In this document: piece after piece, positions 10,603 through 18,978 of the stretch
Layout of the letters: the number at the start of each line of letters is the position of its first letter
Numbering within the stretch: position 1 is the first letter of the stretch
DNA from: a virus
Lineage: Duplodnaviria; Caudoviricetes
IMG/VR virus record: IMGVR_UViG_3300025133_000137
Location: 1-54,541 of that record
Direction: 5' to 3' (one strand)
DNA: 54,541 nucleotides
Notes under the pieces: generated by a model
Database searches by the model: none
What the model saw: only the letters and a program-made list of their open reading frames with translations
What the model was told of the DNA's origin: nothing
Program-made: the position numbers and the translations under genes

Positions 10603-10857
10603 ATGCCATTAGTCAACGGTAGATATGTAAGAGCTTCAGCCGTAAAGAAGCCTGCACCGAAACCTGTCCCGGCTCCTGCTCTTGAAGGGTTAGACTTTGA
10701 AGCGATTACTAAAACAATCTCTTCAATCAAATCATGGTTGAAAACAAAACCGTCGCAGGAAGATGCGATGGATATATTTCAATATGAGATAGACCATTCA
10801 AACCGCAGCGGAGCAACCGGAGATGAGGGTTGCCTCACTGAATATCTTGAGAAGTAA
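10603..10857 (+). CDS. Small hypothetical protein, possibly head-associated
   Basis: RBS gagagg; K/P-rich linker and a C-terminal E..NRSG..EYL helix. Confidence 0.55.
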   Translation: MPLVNGRYVRASAVKKPAPKPVPAPALEGLDFEAITKTISSIKSWLKTKPSQEDAMDIFQYEIDHSNRSGATGDEGCLTEYLEK

Positions 10858-10868
10858 AGGAGGCTTTC

Positions 10869-11303
10869 GTGCCTAGTGTTAAAAATAGATGGGTCAAACC
10901 TGGTGGATCGTTCAACTACACAGAAGGGCAGAAGGTTCTTAACCGAGGAGGGACTACCCTCCCGACTCTTTGCGCTGTGCGGGTTACTGGAGTAGCGGGA
11001 GGCGTAGCCATTGTAGAGCCTGCTGATGGCGGGGCTCCAGCCACGATCACAGGTCGTATCCTATTCCTCCGTCATGCTATCCCAGACCAACGCTACGGTG
11101 TAGGAACTCCCTGGATTATCGCTACAGGCACAGCACGCAATCCGATTGATACCCTCGCTGCCGCTCCAGGCGATCCAGTTTTTATCGGTGCAGCAGGGGT
11201 ATGGACTCTGGCCGCCCCAGCTAACCCACGTATCATTGGCTATGTTCTTATTTCAGATAATACTAATGGTGCAATCTCGTTTGCTGACACCAACGCTATC
11301 TAG
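10869..11303 (+). CDS. Capsid cement/decoration-like protein (DUF2190-like)
   Basis: GTG start with aaggagg RBS; pattern PGDPVFIG..G.WTL..P..PRIIGYV. Confidence 0.55.
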   Translation: MPSVKNRWVKPGGSFNYTEGQKVLNRGGTTLPTLCAVRVTGVAGGVAIVEPADGGAPATITGRILFLRHAIPDQRYGVGTPWIIATGTARNPIDTLAAAPGDPVFIGAAGVWTLAAPANPRIIGYVLISDNTNGAISFADTNAI

Positions 11304-11315
11304 TGAGGTGCCGTT

Positions 11316-11777
11316 GTGGCTTATTACAACAAACGGGTAATCAGACATCAATCCTTTGGAGTTAGCGCATTTGTGGGTGCGGGTGTGCCTTTTTTTGGGA
11401 TGGAGCCTCTAACTCTCTTGGGGATTCGGGGACAGATCCGCCGTGTCTGTGTGCGGGCAGAATTAACCACCGCCGCAGCCGGTACGTTAGACACATGGAT
11501 AGTAGACGGTCAGCGTTCCCCTATTGTCTCCCCCGCGTCTCCTCCTCCACCCAAAGACGAGGATGTATTCTATGCTAACCTCGGGGCAGTTATTGTTCCC
11601 TCTGCTACTACGGCTATGATTAACGATCATGTCGCTGCGACAGGGGGATCTGATTACGAAGTAGACCCAGTGCAAGCACCACTACCAGCTGCCCTAAGCT
11701 TTGCATGGCAAGTAACCTCGGGAGCGGGGGGGCAGGTAGATTTCCTAATCACTGTCTGGTCTGAAGTCCAGCTATAG
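11316..11777 (+). CDS. Beta-rich virion structural protein
   Basis: GTG start with gaggtg RBS; hydrophobic beta-strand composition; structural operon context. Confidence 0.5.
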   Translation: MAYYNKRVIRHQSFGVSAFVGAGVPFFGMEPLTLLGIRGQIRRVCVRAELTTAAAGTLDTWIVDGQRSPIVSPASPPPPKDEDVFYANLGAVIVPSATTAMINDHVAATGGSDYEVDPVQAPLPAALSFAWQVTSGAGGQVDFLITVWSEVQL

Positions 11778-11785
11778 GAGAGAAC

Positions 11786-12433
11786 ATGCAGACTTGGCCA
11801 CCCCACCTCGCTGGCTTACCTATGCTGGATGCCAGGTGGTATGACTCGACGACACTCGGAGTCTATGATGCAGTGCAGGGGATGGATATTAGGCCATCAT
11901 CAGTCAGCACCAAGGCGCTTTGGCTTGTTCCGTTTCTACAATGGGCAGCAGGACCAGTGCGATACACAGAGATGGGTTTAGATGTTGACAATGCATTTAT
12001 GGGCTCAGACTTTACTTATGGAATCTATGCGAATATAAATGGAGTACCGGGACGACTGCTCCATGCGGCACCCACTTTTAACGCAGCGGTTGCTGGACCT
12101 GCAACGCAAGCTTTCCTGAATCCAGTCCTACTAGCTCCTGGTATGTATTGGTTAGCACTTCTAAATGATAGTAGGGTGGAAGTGGCAGGTTGGACTGGGG
12201 GTTCTGGTATAGGTGCGTCAGAGGGCTTTAGTACGCTTGGAACACCGGATATGGCTTCAACGGCTAGTCTTAATAAACAATGGGGGTGGTTTATTAATAA
12301 CATAGATCCGGCTATCATACCTGGACTCCCGTCTAATCTATCCCCTCTCCCCGCTGCTGGAGCTAGTCCTCCGGGGCCTCTGGTTTTAGGTATTGGTTTT
12401 GACATCCCGCGTCTGGGACTGTTAGTGGGGTAG
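11786..12433 (+). CDS. Jelly-roll-type virion appendage or receptor-binding domain protein
   Basis: Motifs GIYAN.NG.PG.LL and L.PG.YWLAL, typical of phage beta-sandwich appendage domains. Confidence 0.5.
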   Translation: MQTWPPHLAGLPMLDARWYDSTTLGVYDAVQGMDIRPSSVSTKALWLVPFLQWAAGPVRYTEMGLDVDNAFMGSDFTYGIYANINGVPGRLLHAAPTFNAAVAGPATQAFLNPVLLAPGMYWLALLNDSRVEVAGWTGGSGIGASEGFSTLGTPDMASTASLNKQWGWFINNIDPAIIPGLPSNLSPLPAAGASPPGPLVLGIGFDIPRLGLLVG

Positions 12434-12437
12434 CTTA

Positions 12438-12824
12438 ATGCTTCTAACAAAAGAAGAGCGCCAGTCCTTAAGCAAGGACGAAAGAAAGGCCCTGCGCGTG
12501 AAGCGGAGAGCCGAACTTAAAGAGGAGCGGGGTCCCTTCCTGGGGATCAAGCTAGACGTACTTGAGCCCCTTGCGGAAGACCTGATCCTAGAGCTTGTTT
12601 CCGATACCATCCCTGGTAAGGATAAGATGGGGGAAGTTATCGAGGCACTAGCTCAAGAAGCAGATAAATTTCTTAAGTGGAACGGGCTACCCCCTTGGCT
12701 AAGCCTACCACTCGAAGCTCTAGATGGGATATTGCTCCAGGCTATTGCACGTAGTACATTACACCCGCTAGTCCAACGAGTGTACGATAGACTCGAAGAA
12801 GCAGGGAAGCTGGCTGTAGAATGA
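12438..12824 (+). CDS. Hypothetical protein of the lysis module
   Basis: Coupled (ATGA) to the endolysin candidate; basic N-terminus and amphipathic helices. Confidence 0.5.
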   Translation: MLLTKEERQSLSKDERKALRVKRRAELKEERGPFLGIKLDVLEPLAEDLILELVSDTIPGKDKMGEVIEALAQEADKFLKWNGLPPWLSLPLEALDGILLQAIARSTLHPLVQRVYDRLEEAGKLAVE

Positions 12825-13405
12825 ACCTACCTACTCTAGACAACATTCAAGAAACAATGGTGAGGAAGAGCTACGCTTGGTTTTGTCGTCCTGAGTCGAT
12901 TAACCTAGTAGGTGTACGCCATTCCGACCCTACATCCAATACCTTTAATGATTGGATGACTTGTACTTGGTGTGATGCATATGGGCACTGGACCTTTCGG
13001 CGTTGGCCTTGCACTACAGATCCCGGTCTTTATTACAGGGAGAACCCTCTCAATGTAAATGGGACTGCGATTGTAGTACCTGGCCAGTACCGGGGGGCCT
13101 ATGCTTTAGGTTTACACCGAGGCTATAACGCTATTGTCCAGGTCAAACCCATCCATGTATGGCGGGACAATGATAAGGATGAGATCTTAGATTGGGAGGG
13201 GAATACCTCTTCTGGTCTTTACGGGATTAACATCCATCGAGCTAGCTCATCCACCACTTCCAATGAGGTAGGTAGGTGGAGCGCAGGGTGTCAGGTATTG
13301 GCTAGCCCCCATGACTTTGCTGAATTGTTGGCGATTGTAGGTAGGTCCTGCTCGCACTTCGGTGACAATTTCACGTATACTCTATTAGAAGGTAGCGAGC
13401 TATGA
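12821..13405 (+). CDS. Putative endolysin, L,D-transpeptidase (YkuD)-like cysteine peptidase fold
   Basis: TTDPG...GQY...GINIHRA...WSAGCQV gives the H...SxGC signature; followed by a membrane protein. Confidence 0.6.
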   Translation: MNLPTLDNIQETMVRKSYAWFCRPESINLVGVRHSDPTSNTFNDWMTCTWCDAYGHWTFRRWPCTTDPGLYYRENPLNVNGTAIVVPGQYRGAYALGLHRGYNAIVQVKPIHVWRDNDKDEILDWEGNTSSGLYGINIHRASSSTTSNEVGRWSAGCQVLASPHDFAELLAIVGRSCSHFGDNFTYTLLEGSEL

Positions 13406-13851
13406 GTGGGGAGATCGAGGATAGACTTGACCAGCACGGGAGACGTATTTCAAACTTGGAGGGTGATGTGTCTTCACTAAAGATCGATGTATCTAAGATT
13501 GGATTAGTCCTCGATCACCACGCTGATAAGGCAGAGGAAAGGCACGGTATCCTTTCCACACAACAGATTCGTATGATGGATCTCCTAGAGGAGCGCGAGA
13601 AGGATGCGCGGGACTACCGCATCCGTAGAGAAGAGCTTGAGGAGGAAGCAAAGATCGCCCACAAACAGTGGATCAAAAGCTTAGTGAACCCCCAGACTGT
13701 TGTCATCATCCTCGCAATTGCCCTCTCGCTCTTCGGGACACGCTTAGCTGACGTACAGCAAGTCGCTGAAATAATAGGAACGCCTATTCCTCAGCAGCTT
13801 CTTCGACCTCAGCCTCAGCCGCCTCTTCCGGAGCAGGCCCCAGTTCAATAA
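13402..13851 (+). CDS. Coiled-coil plus transmembrane protein (holin/spanin-like lysis accessory)
   Basis: N-terminal heptads, TM segment TVVIILAIALSLFG, ATGA coupling to the endolysin. Confidence 0.55.
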   Translation: MSGEIEDRLDQHGRRISNLEGDVSSLKIDVSKIGLVLDHHADKAEERHGILSTQQIRMMDLLEEREKDARDYRIRREELEEEAKIAHKQWIKSLVNPQTVVIILAIALSLFGTRLADVQQVAEIIGTPIPQQLLRPQPQPPLPEQAPVQ

Positions 13852-14014
13852 TCTCTAAGGTAGGCGCCTCTTCTGTCGCACAGGTAGAGAACTCAACAGT
13901 GAACCCGTCACCTGCGTACACGATACCTCCGAGTGCGGCTACCGCTGCTGCGATGAGTACCTTTGGTTGCTTAAGAGAATCAAGGGTGAGCTTAGTTTTT
14001 TCTTCTTCAGACAT
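13784..14014 (-). CDS. Small single-pass membrane protein (76 aa) with acidic tail
   Basis: ATG at 14014 with GAGGT RBS; TM VLIAAAVAALGGIVYAG; own promoter upstream. Confidence 0.65.
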   Translation of the reverse strand: MSEEEKTKLTLDSLKQPKVLIAAAVAALGGIVYAGDGFTVEFSTCATEEAPTLEIIELGPAPEEAAEAEVEEAAEE

Positions 14015-14104
14015 GCGGACCTCTGGTTGGGGAAGCCGCGCAGAACAGACATACGAGAATATATCACCGACCCCAGGTTGCGGTTTATTCTGCGCGGCCA
14101 GATA

Positions 14105-14133
14105 AATGTAACGATAATTCAAGCTAAAAGCAA
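14105..14133 (-). promoter_or_regulatory. sigma70-like promoter TTGCTT-17-TACATT
   Basis: Read on the minus strand, in intergenic DNA upstream of the 76-aa membrane gene. Confidence 0.55.
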
Positions 14134-14140
14134 GATGCCC

Positions 14141-14317
14141 CTAGTGTTCGAACCCCACATGGTAGTCGAAGTCTAAGATATGGAGGATCAATTCGACAGC
14201 TATAGCGGTGAGCTTAGGGTCTTCATACACAGCTAACTGACTCTCAAAGAGAACTTCAATCGTATCTGGTATGGGAATTTTCCACGGGAGTTCCGGCTCC
14301 TCTGCGTAATAATCCAT
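14141..14317 (-). CDS. Hypothetical protein, 58 aa (MDYYAEEPELPWKIP...), not in the ORF track
   Basis: ATG immediately after the ATPase TAG, GGGGAG RBS, open to TAG at 14143-14141. Confidence 0.55.
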   Translation of the reverse strand: MDYYAEEPELPWKIPIPDTIEVLFESQLAVYEDPKLTAIAVELILHILDFDYHVGFEH

Positions 14318-15559
14318 CTACTCCCCCTGTTCATCCATATCTACCTTACACCATTTACTTGAGAGTCGTCCCCTGGGTTGGATAGGACACTGCACAAAGA
14401 TCTGGTTAGGTCCTGCCTCACTACCGAATGCCTTCAAGAAGTCTGCTATCCCTCGATGATCGAACGCTCGGTCTGGTGTAGTGATGAGATGAAAGGAGTT
14501 ATCCCGATTGATAATGCCTGAAGCTACCGCAGTCAGCAGCCATGTGGATTCAGCACCAGAAACAAGGGGGTCCCCGTTAAAGGTGAAGTAGATGCTGCTC
14601 TTTTCAATGGCGAGTCCAAAGGGATCATCCCCCCCTTCGGCTGGTGTCCGGTGGTTAATCGCACGTAGGATACCTGTTAGGTTGTGCTTTACGTCCGCTT
14701 CCATCGCTTTCAAGCAGTAGCCTACTAGCTCTTCTGCTTCCTTAGCTTGACGGTCTGCCTGCTCAGCGGCGTACTTCAGAGCAGAGATTCTACTTGAAAC
14801 AGGCTCGTCCCCTATCTTAGACTTCGCCTTATCGTGCCGCTCTTGTAGGACATGCATGAAGGTTTCTTGTCCACATACACCACAGATGGGGAGCTTATGC
14901 CCAAGTTGGAACCCCGTGAGAGTAACGATAGCACTCGCTACTATCGCACCATCCGAAGCTTCAGACCCACCTAGCTGCTCAAGTGCAACCCGAAGAGCCT
15001 TAGCCCCAGCCTTATGCTGGTTCATAGACTTCCGTGCAGCCGCTTCAGTGAGGAGGATTCTCTTATTCCAGGGGAGATCGGTGCCCCCCATTAGGTTGGC
15101 TCGGAGCCTATGGATGTCCTGTGTCCCGAAGTACTTAGTTAGAAACCGGAGCATCGTTTGCTTGGTTCCCTTTAGGGCAGCCTCAGCCTCTGGGATAAGG
15201 AGCCGGGGCTCCGGTGCATCTTTAGGTCTGGTTCGCTTAGCTTTCTTCCCTGGAACGAGCGTCCACTCAAAGGTGTAGGTGGATGTAGTCGCATTCTCTG
15301 TCGTATTCACTAGGTCCACCCTTGCGTAGAGTTCTTCCTCCCCTTCAGGTAGTAGGTGCCGAAGCAGCGTACTTGTCTTAGCCTTGTCCTTGATCCCTAA
15401 GTCGTGGGCTTCTCCTGTCAGCGCAAGCTGAAGTGCGTTGAGGATAGCCGTCTTACCGGAACCATTCGATCCTGTTAAGAATACTCTAGGTGTAAGGGTG
15501 TTTACTTTAATTCCTCCTGGGTGTTTGATATTTGTTTCAATGGTTTTAACGTACAACAT
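14318..15559 (-). CDS. Rad50/SbcC-like ABC ATPase with zinc hook and short coiled coil
   Basis: Walker A GSNGSGKT, central CGVCG, signature LVSGAE, degenerate Walker B/D-loop LITTPDRAFD. Confidence 0.65.
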   Translation of the reverse strand: MLYVKTIETNIKHPGGIKVNTLTPRVFLTGSNGSGKTAILNALQLALTGEAHDLGIKDKAKTSTLLRHLLPEGEEELYARVDLVNTTENATTSTYTFEWTLVPGKKAKRTRPKDAPEPRLLIPEAEAALKGTKQTMLRFLTKYFGTQDIHRLRANLMGGTDLPWNKRILLTEAAARKSMNQHKAGAKALRVALEQLGGSEASDGAIVASAIVTLTGFQLGHKLPICGVCGQETFMHVLQERHDKAKSKIGDEPVSSRISALKYAAEQADRQAKEAEELVGYCLKAMEADVKHNLTGILRAINHRTPAEGGDDPFGLAIEKSSIYFTFNGDPLVSGAESTWLLTAVASGIINRDNSFHLITTPDRAFDHRGIADFLKAFGSEAGPNQIFVQCPIQPRGRLSSKWCKVDMDEQGE

Positions 15560-15575
15560 GTTCTCTCCTGGGGGG

Positions 15576-18026
15576 TTAAACGGTTGACCAGCGTTCTCCT
15601 ATATGAGCCTCGGCTGTAAAGGTAACGGCTAATTCCGGTACTCTACGGGTGAGGTGTGTAGTGATGGCATCCCTGGCCCAAACGGCATCCTGCTCTTTTA
15701 CTGTAAACAAAACCGCATCGTGTAGCTGGTTAACTAATCCAGTGCGTTCCTTAAAGCGGAAGGGTAGATGCTTAAGAACATCCAACATCCCAAGGGCTAC
15801 AATGGAAAAGCCTCCAGCTTGAACACCAAAGTTCACGATAGCATTGAAGTCTGTTAGGTCTGCGAAGTAACGTCTACGCCCTAAGACCGCTTCCTCTACG
15901 TACCCATCCCTTCGACAGTCACGTACTACATCGGCCCACCAAGCACTGAACTCGGGGGCAGCTTGCATCCACTTGTGGTGTAGGGCTCTGACCTGGCGCA
16001 GTGAGTAGTGACCGTATAGAAGCTCACCGTTGTCCCCCTCTGCTTTAGTCAGAATCTCATGGACCTTAGGGGGAGCCGCACCGTAGAGAGAAGCGAAGCA
16101 GATGGTCTTGGATAGATCTCTTAGCTTCTTAAAGGGTCCTGTCCCTTTCTCGAACTTGTTGTGGGGTGCCCCACTCGCCTTCCAGAACTCCTGACCAAAC
16201 ATCATTTGTCCAGTTAGATTGTGGGGATCTATCTCTTTTCTCTCAAATGCATCTAAGTAGTGGGTCGCCCCAGCTAGTGCAGCAGCTAAGCGTAGCTCAA
16301 GCTGATCGAAGTCAGCTCCGACAAAGACACATCCTGGTGGGGGGATAAACATATCCCGAAGCTTGTAAGGAATGTTCTGGAAGTTCGGGTTGCTTGAGCT
16401 TAGCCTCCCCGTGATAGTCCCGGTCACATTGTAGTCAGGGTAAACGTAACCATCCCTGACTAGCTCTAAGTTCTCGGGGGCTAGCTTAGCGATATAGGTA
16501 TTGATTAGCTTGGCTGCTTTCCGATAACCACGCAACGCTCTGATGACTTCCTTCTGCTCGTCGTCCACTAGGGGGTTGGTAATCAGAGAGCGAAGCGCAG
16601 CGTCATTAGCACTGGGCTCACCAGTATCTGTGTAAGAGTGAGGAGGTAGATACCACTTGTCAAACAACAACCGCTGTACTTGAGCGGGGCTGTTGGGGTT
16701 AGGAGTTTCATCTCCAAGCAAAGTCTTTAGCACAAGGTGATGCTTCTCTACCTCTACCTTTAGCTTCTCGTGATGCTCCTTACGTCTGCCCTCATCGATC
16801 CGCATACCAAGCCGATGCATCCCAACGCACATGTCTTGGAGCTTGGCATCCACATCATAGAGACTCTTCTGCTTACGCAGGTTGGCTCCTCTTAGTAAGG
16901 GCTTGGTTATCCGAGCAGTCACACAGACGTCTGTCATGCAATAGTCATGAAGTTCTTTATCTTGAGAAGCTGTGGTCGCCGTATGGTCTGCTTTCCAAGC
17001 GGGTACATCAGTCAGGACAGAGCCAATGTAGCCTAAGCCATGCGGGTATTCCCCTTCCGCTAATCGGTGCAGCAGGATAGTATCTACCAGCGGAGTAGGA
17101 GTGACATTAAAATGCTGTTCGATTACTATCCGATCATAGTAACCGGCGTTGTGGCCAACTTTACAGATGGTGGGATCAACGAAGAATTCAGAGAGGAGCC
17201 GTCTGATCTCCTTCTCTTCAGCGGGGAGGTAGAACTTCGTCACGCCATCGATAGACAGAAGCGGGACCAGAAGTACTTCATCCTCTGTGCCGAGTCCGAT
17301 ACACCGTAGTCCTGCTGTAAGGGGTTCTAGAGCGTCCGTCTCCACATCGTAGGCTACCGCTCGCCGTGAGTCTCTACACCGCTGTATGAACTCATGAAGG
17401 TAGGTTCCGGACGGGAAGAAGATACGCTTCGGGTTCTTCCAGTTCAGCTTCCCCTCGAAGTGACGGAAAGCTTTGGCCACATCCCGCCAGAAGATAGGCT
17501 TCCATATCATGTTGTACAGGGCATAAGCAGGGTGGAACGTAGGCAATATCTTAAACCCATTGTTCGAGGTAGGTCCTCCGCGTACCGCACTAAGGCTTGG
17601 GTTCCCTGGTAGTACTGCTTTCGTAGCGAGAGAACCGAAGCTGATTATGTTTGAGTACTGACTAAGCTCATGCTCTAGTCGAGGACGGCAGCATTCCATT
17701 GGGGTGGGGGACTTGTTCTTCCTGCTACGGTTTTGTTTCTTTAGCTTGGCTGTGAATTCTTTCTCGTTGTCATTAGGGAATCTACAGCCACAGACGTTAG
17801 TCCAGGCTACGTCATGCCTTTCTTTTCCGCAGGCTCCGATAGCTTCTACAGCCGCCACAGCAGAGGGTCCAACGAAGGGACGACCATAGATTGTTTCCTG
17901 TTTACCGGGTGCGTCACCAACGATGATGGTATCGCTTGTGTTTAACTCACCGAAGACGGGAGCCCATGAACCCTTCTTTTCCCAGAATTCTTTAAGCGGA
18001 CACTCGTCACATCTAGGTTCACTCAC
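15576..18026 (-). CDS. polA: Family A DNA polymerase with N-terminal family-4 UDG-like domain and 3'-5' exonuclease (SPO1-type architecture)
   Basis: UDG: CxxC, GDAPG, PFVG, TFHPA. Exo: YDVET, GHNAGYYD, YCMTD. Pol: TGRLSS, DFDQLELR, KTICFASLYG, QLHDA. Confidence 0.95.
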   Translation of the reverse strand: MSEPRCDECPLKEFWEKKGSWAPVFGELNTSDTIIVGDAPGKQETIYGRPFVGPSAVAAVEAIGACGKERHDVAWTNVCGCRFPNDNEKEFTAKLKKQNRSRKNKSPTPMECCRPRLEHELSQYSNIISFGSLATKAVLPGNPSLSAVRGGPTSNNGFKILPTFHPAYALYNMIWKPIFWRDVAKAFRHFEGKLNWKNPKRIFFPSGTYLHEFIQRCRDSRRAVAYDVETDALEPLTAGLRCIGLGTEDEVLLVPLLSIDGVTKFYLPAEEKEIRRLLSEFFVDPTICKVGHNAGYYDRIVIEQHFNVTPTPLVDTILLHRLAEGEYPHGLGYIGSVLTDVPAWKADHTATTASQDKELHDYCMTDVCVTARITKPLLRGANLRKQKSLYDVDAKLQDMCVGMHRLGMRIDEGRRKEHHEKLKVEVEKHHLVLKTLLGDETPNPNSPAQVQRLLFDKWYLPPHSYTDTGEPSANDAALRSLITNPLVDDEQKEVIRALRGYRKAAKLINTYIAKLAPENLELVRDGYVYPDYNVTGTITGRLSSSNPNFQNIPYKLRDMFIPPPGCVFVGADFDQLELRLAAALAGATHYLDAFERKEIDPHNLTGQMMFGQEFWKASGAPHNKFEKGTGPFKKLRDLSKTICFASLYGAAPPKVHEILTKAEGDNGELLYGHYSLRQVRALHHKWMQAAPEFSAWWADVVRDCRRDGYVEEAVLGRRRYFADLTDFNAIVNFGVQAGGFSIVALGMLDVLKHLPFRFKERTGLVNQLHDAVLFTVKEQDAVWARDAITTHLTRRVPELAVTFTAEAHIGERWSTV

Positions 18027-18289
18027 CGGTCCCTCCGAGGGCTGGGTTCAAAGAGTCCATCTAGGTCCTCGGGAGAAAACTTAAGGATCTTATTCAGTTG
18101 AGTAAAAAATTCCATGGGCGTTTCTAATATCCACACAGGCTTCTTCCTTCCAAGAAGCCATAGTGCTAGAGCATGAGAAGATTCAACTGCTACGATATGG
18201 TCAACGTTCACCCATAGAAAGTTCGAGGGCGTTACCATATTGTTAGGGCAGTCTGGGGTGACTTGGATAAAGCGAAGTTCGGATTTCAT
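18023..18289 (-). CDS. Hypothetical protein (FlbD-like beta motif)
   Basis: aggag RBS; WVNVDHIVAVE...ILETP pattern; GTGA coupling to polA. Confidence 0.55.
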   Translation of the reverse strand: MKSELRFIQVTPDCPNNMVTPSNFLWVNVDHIVAVESSHALALWLLGRKKPVWILETPMEFFTQLNKILKFSPEDLDGLFEPSPRRDR

Positions 18290-18309
18290 TTCATTCTCCT
18301 AAACACAAA

Positions 18310-18366
18310 CATCCCCCCTCCCGAGGAGCAGGGAGACATGGGAAACCCAAGGCAGGAGGGGGGATG
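18310..18366 (-). terminator. Stem-loop (12-bp perfect inverted repeat, 33-nt loop) followed by a U-rich tract; terminator or processing site after ssb
   Basis: catcccccctcc / ggaggggggatg, then tttgtgttt on the minus strand. Confidence 0.5.
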
Positions 18367-18382
18367 CGAGTGACTTGATATA

Positions 18383-18970
18383 CTACAGATCGATGAAGTC
18401 TAAGGGGTCGGTTGTATCTGTTTCTGGGGTGGCTGGCCGGACAACAACTGGAGTTCCGTTGTCCCCTTCGTCCACTTCTTCCACTTCAATACCACTGGTG
18501 TCTTCTGCGAAGCTGGCTGCAAGAGCCGTCAATGTTTCGTATTGCTGAGGAGTGAGGAACTTCTTGATAGGCCATTCATGTTCATTGATGGCAGGCTCAT
18601 ACTCATAGTATGCTACCTTCCCTACACAGTTCTTCTTGCACCAAGCAAGCAGAGTAGTCTTGCCGGTAACCTTTCCAGTAAGCTTACTCTCACCAACACC
18701 CATACTGAGCAGTGCTGTCTTCCAGAAGCTCATCCGCTGGAAGTACTTCTCCTCTCCTAACTCTGCCCGGTCAAGGATGTTAAGCCCATCTCGCACAGTG
18801 CAACCCTTATGCTTACCTTCATCAACAACCATGTTGAATTCAATACGCTGGTTCCCTGCGTTGGTTTCTCGTTGGCTAACCGAGATGACTCGGGTTCGGT
18901 AAAGACCCTTCTCAGGGATGGGTCGGACGCTACCAGATGCAGTAACGCCAGTAAAATCTAATTCGAACAT
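18383..18970 (-). CDS. Single-stranded DNA-binding protein (DUF669-like)
   Basis: LDFTGV...G.Y...V...T.AGN..I.F pattern, acidic C-tail ending DPLDFIDL, next to Sak4. Confidence 0.75.
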   Translation of the reverse strand: MFELDFTGVTASGSVRPIPEKGLYRTRVISVSQRETNAGNQRIEFNMVVDEGKHKGCTVRDGLNILDRAELGEEKYFQRMSFWKTALLSMGVGESKLTGKVTGKTTLLAWCKKNCVGKVAYYEYEPAINEHEWPIKKFLTPQQYETLTALAASFAEDTSGIEVEEVDEGDNGTPVVVRPATPETDTTDPLDFIDL

Positions 18971-18978
18971 ATGTTCTC

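Noticed and set aside
586-10730. Many 60-170 aa alternate-frame and antisense ORFs inside long genes, here and throughout the window
   Set aside because: They are shadow ORFs of well-supported genes, without RBS or motifs.
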